Source: Octopus sinensis (taxonomy: Eukaryota). Taken from it: 7,794 bases of DNA. The notes under the pieces are model-generated. The model worked only from the letters and a program-made list of their open reading frames with translations. It was not told where the DNA came from and ran no database searches. This document shows, in pieces, positions 6,755-7,794 of this stretch; the first letter of the stretch is position 1, and each line of letters begins with the position of its first letter. The translations under genes were made by a program, and so were the position numbers. The stretch covers positions 1 to 7,794 of the forward strand of contig NW_021828772.1 of NCBI RefSeq assembly GCF_006345805.1, written 5' to 3'.

Positions 6755-7056
6755 ATATATACAGTCTTTGGTAACAGGACATATTAAGGACATAAAAAGT
6801 TCAACAAGTTCCTTAAAATATTGGGCACAAAAGATTACTACATAAATATCATTCTCAAGGACAGAAGGAATTGAATATGGTATTGGTATTGTATCTGTAT
6901 ATTCAAACATGCACAGATATGGGTGACACAGAGTACTCAATCCATATAAATATACATTCTTTGGTGACAAGAGCATGTTGAGAATATAAAAAAGTTTAAC
7001 AAGCTCATTGAAATAAGGGCACAAAAGATTACAACAATATATTATACATTCTCAAG
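6755..7056 (+). repeat. Two diverged ~105-bp direct repeats (6755-6859 and 6949-7056), period ~194
   Basis: Shared blocks: ctttggt (6766/6959), gggcacaaaagattac (6823/7017) and cattctcaag (6850/7047). Confidence 0.85.
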
Positions 7057-7144
7057 ATAATTTCCAGAAGGAAAAAAGTTCAGTATACCCGTACAGAATA
7101 TTATGAGTTCAAAAATATTTACATTACAATATTAGTGAAGCTAA

Positions 7145-7201
7145 AACTGACCTGTCCGCCATGGTAGCGTAAAAAAAGCTACCATGGCGGACAGGTCAGT
7201 T
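7145..7201. repeat. Perfect 24-bp inverted repeat with a 9-nt loop
   Basis: aactgacctgtccgccatggtagc-gtaaaaaaa-gctaccatggcggacaggtcagtt. Confidence 0.98.
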
Positions 7202-7208
7202 CTACATG

Positions 7209-7253
7209 TTACTTTTTACAATCTTTTTCCAAAGAGTGAAACCGGTAAAGTAA
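7209..7253 (+). ncRNA. Second hammerhead-fold copy, probably inactive (G5 to U)
   Basis: UUACUU-UUUACAA-UCUUUUUCCAAAGAGU-GAAA-CCGG-UA^AAGUAA. Confidence 0.45.
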
Positions 7254-7292
7254 ATAAACATCTTTTAAATTGCATTTTCAAACCTTCTTTCG

Positions 7293-7473
<181 letters not shown>

Positions 7474-7513
7474 AATGTGCATAAATATATACATATATAT
7501 ATACATGCGTATG

Positions 7514-7744
7514 TTTCTTTATTACCCACAAGGGGCTAAACATAGAGGGGACAAACAAGGACAGACAAACGGATTATGTCGATTACATCGACCCCAGTGC
7601 GTAACTGGTACTTAATTTATCGACCTCGAAAGGATGAAAGGCAAAGTCGACATCGGCGGACTTTGAACTCAGAACGTAACGACAGACGAAATACGGCTAC
7701 GCATTTCGCCCGGCGTGCTAACGTTTCTGCCAGCTCGCCGCCTT
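7514..7744 (-). mobile_element. Full-length tRNA-derived SINE S7, tail type 1, monomer
   Basis: The reverse complement begins aaggcggcgagctggcagaaacgttagc, has the B-box gagttcaaagtcc and ends gtgggtaataaagaaa. About 94% identical to S4. Confidence 0.95.
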
Positions 7745-7794
7745 GCATATATATCATATGCATATATACATGCATATGGTAACTGGAAGACTGC

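Noticed and set aside
6746-7024. 92-aa minus-strand ORF inside the fold-back element as a transposase or RT remnant
   Set aside because: No DDE, RT or GIY-YIG motif; it merely spans the AT-rich direct repeats.
7143-7201. Bacterial intrinsic terminator or Helitron 3' hairpin
   Set aside because: There is no prokaryotic context, and no CTRR end at the expected distance or matching 5' TC terminus.

Overview
This is eukaryotic, non-coding, repeat-saturated DNA. It is most likely octopus (cephalopod) intronic or intergenic sequence, judged from my recognition of the SINE families, not from a database search. No protein-coding gene is supportable: the supplied ORFs are microsatellite or repeat artefacts. 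The window holds seven copies or fragments of a tRNA-headed SINE family with a shared core and three alternative 3' tails, two of them as head-to-tail dimers. It also holds fragments of a second, CORE-type SINE, degenerate hAT-like MITEs, a probable 5'-truncated LINE 3' end and many microsatellites. The most unusual object is a ~685-bp fold-back element at 6615-7298, set between (TA)n tracts. It has ~92% identical ~96-bp inverted arms, internal direct repeats and a perfect 24-bp hairpin. Each arm carries a minimal type I hammerhead-ribozyme fold with a palindromic stem III. The left copy has a non-canonical but compensatory U3:A8 catalytic core. This points to a Penelope-like or retrozyme-like non-autonomous element rather than an ordinary MITE. 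All ribozyme and mechanism claims are untested inferences from manual alignment.
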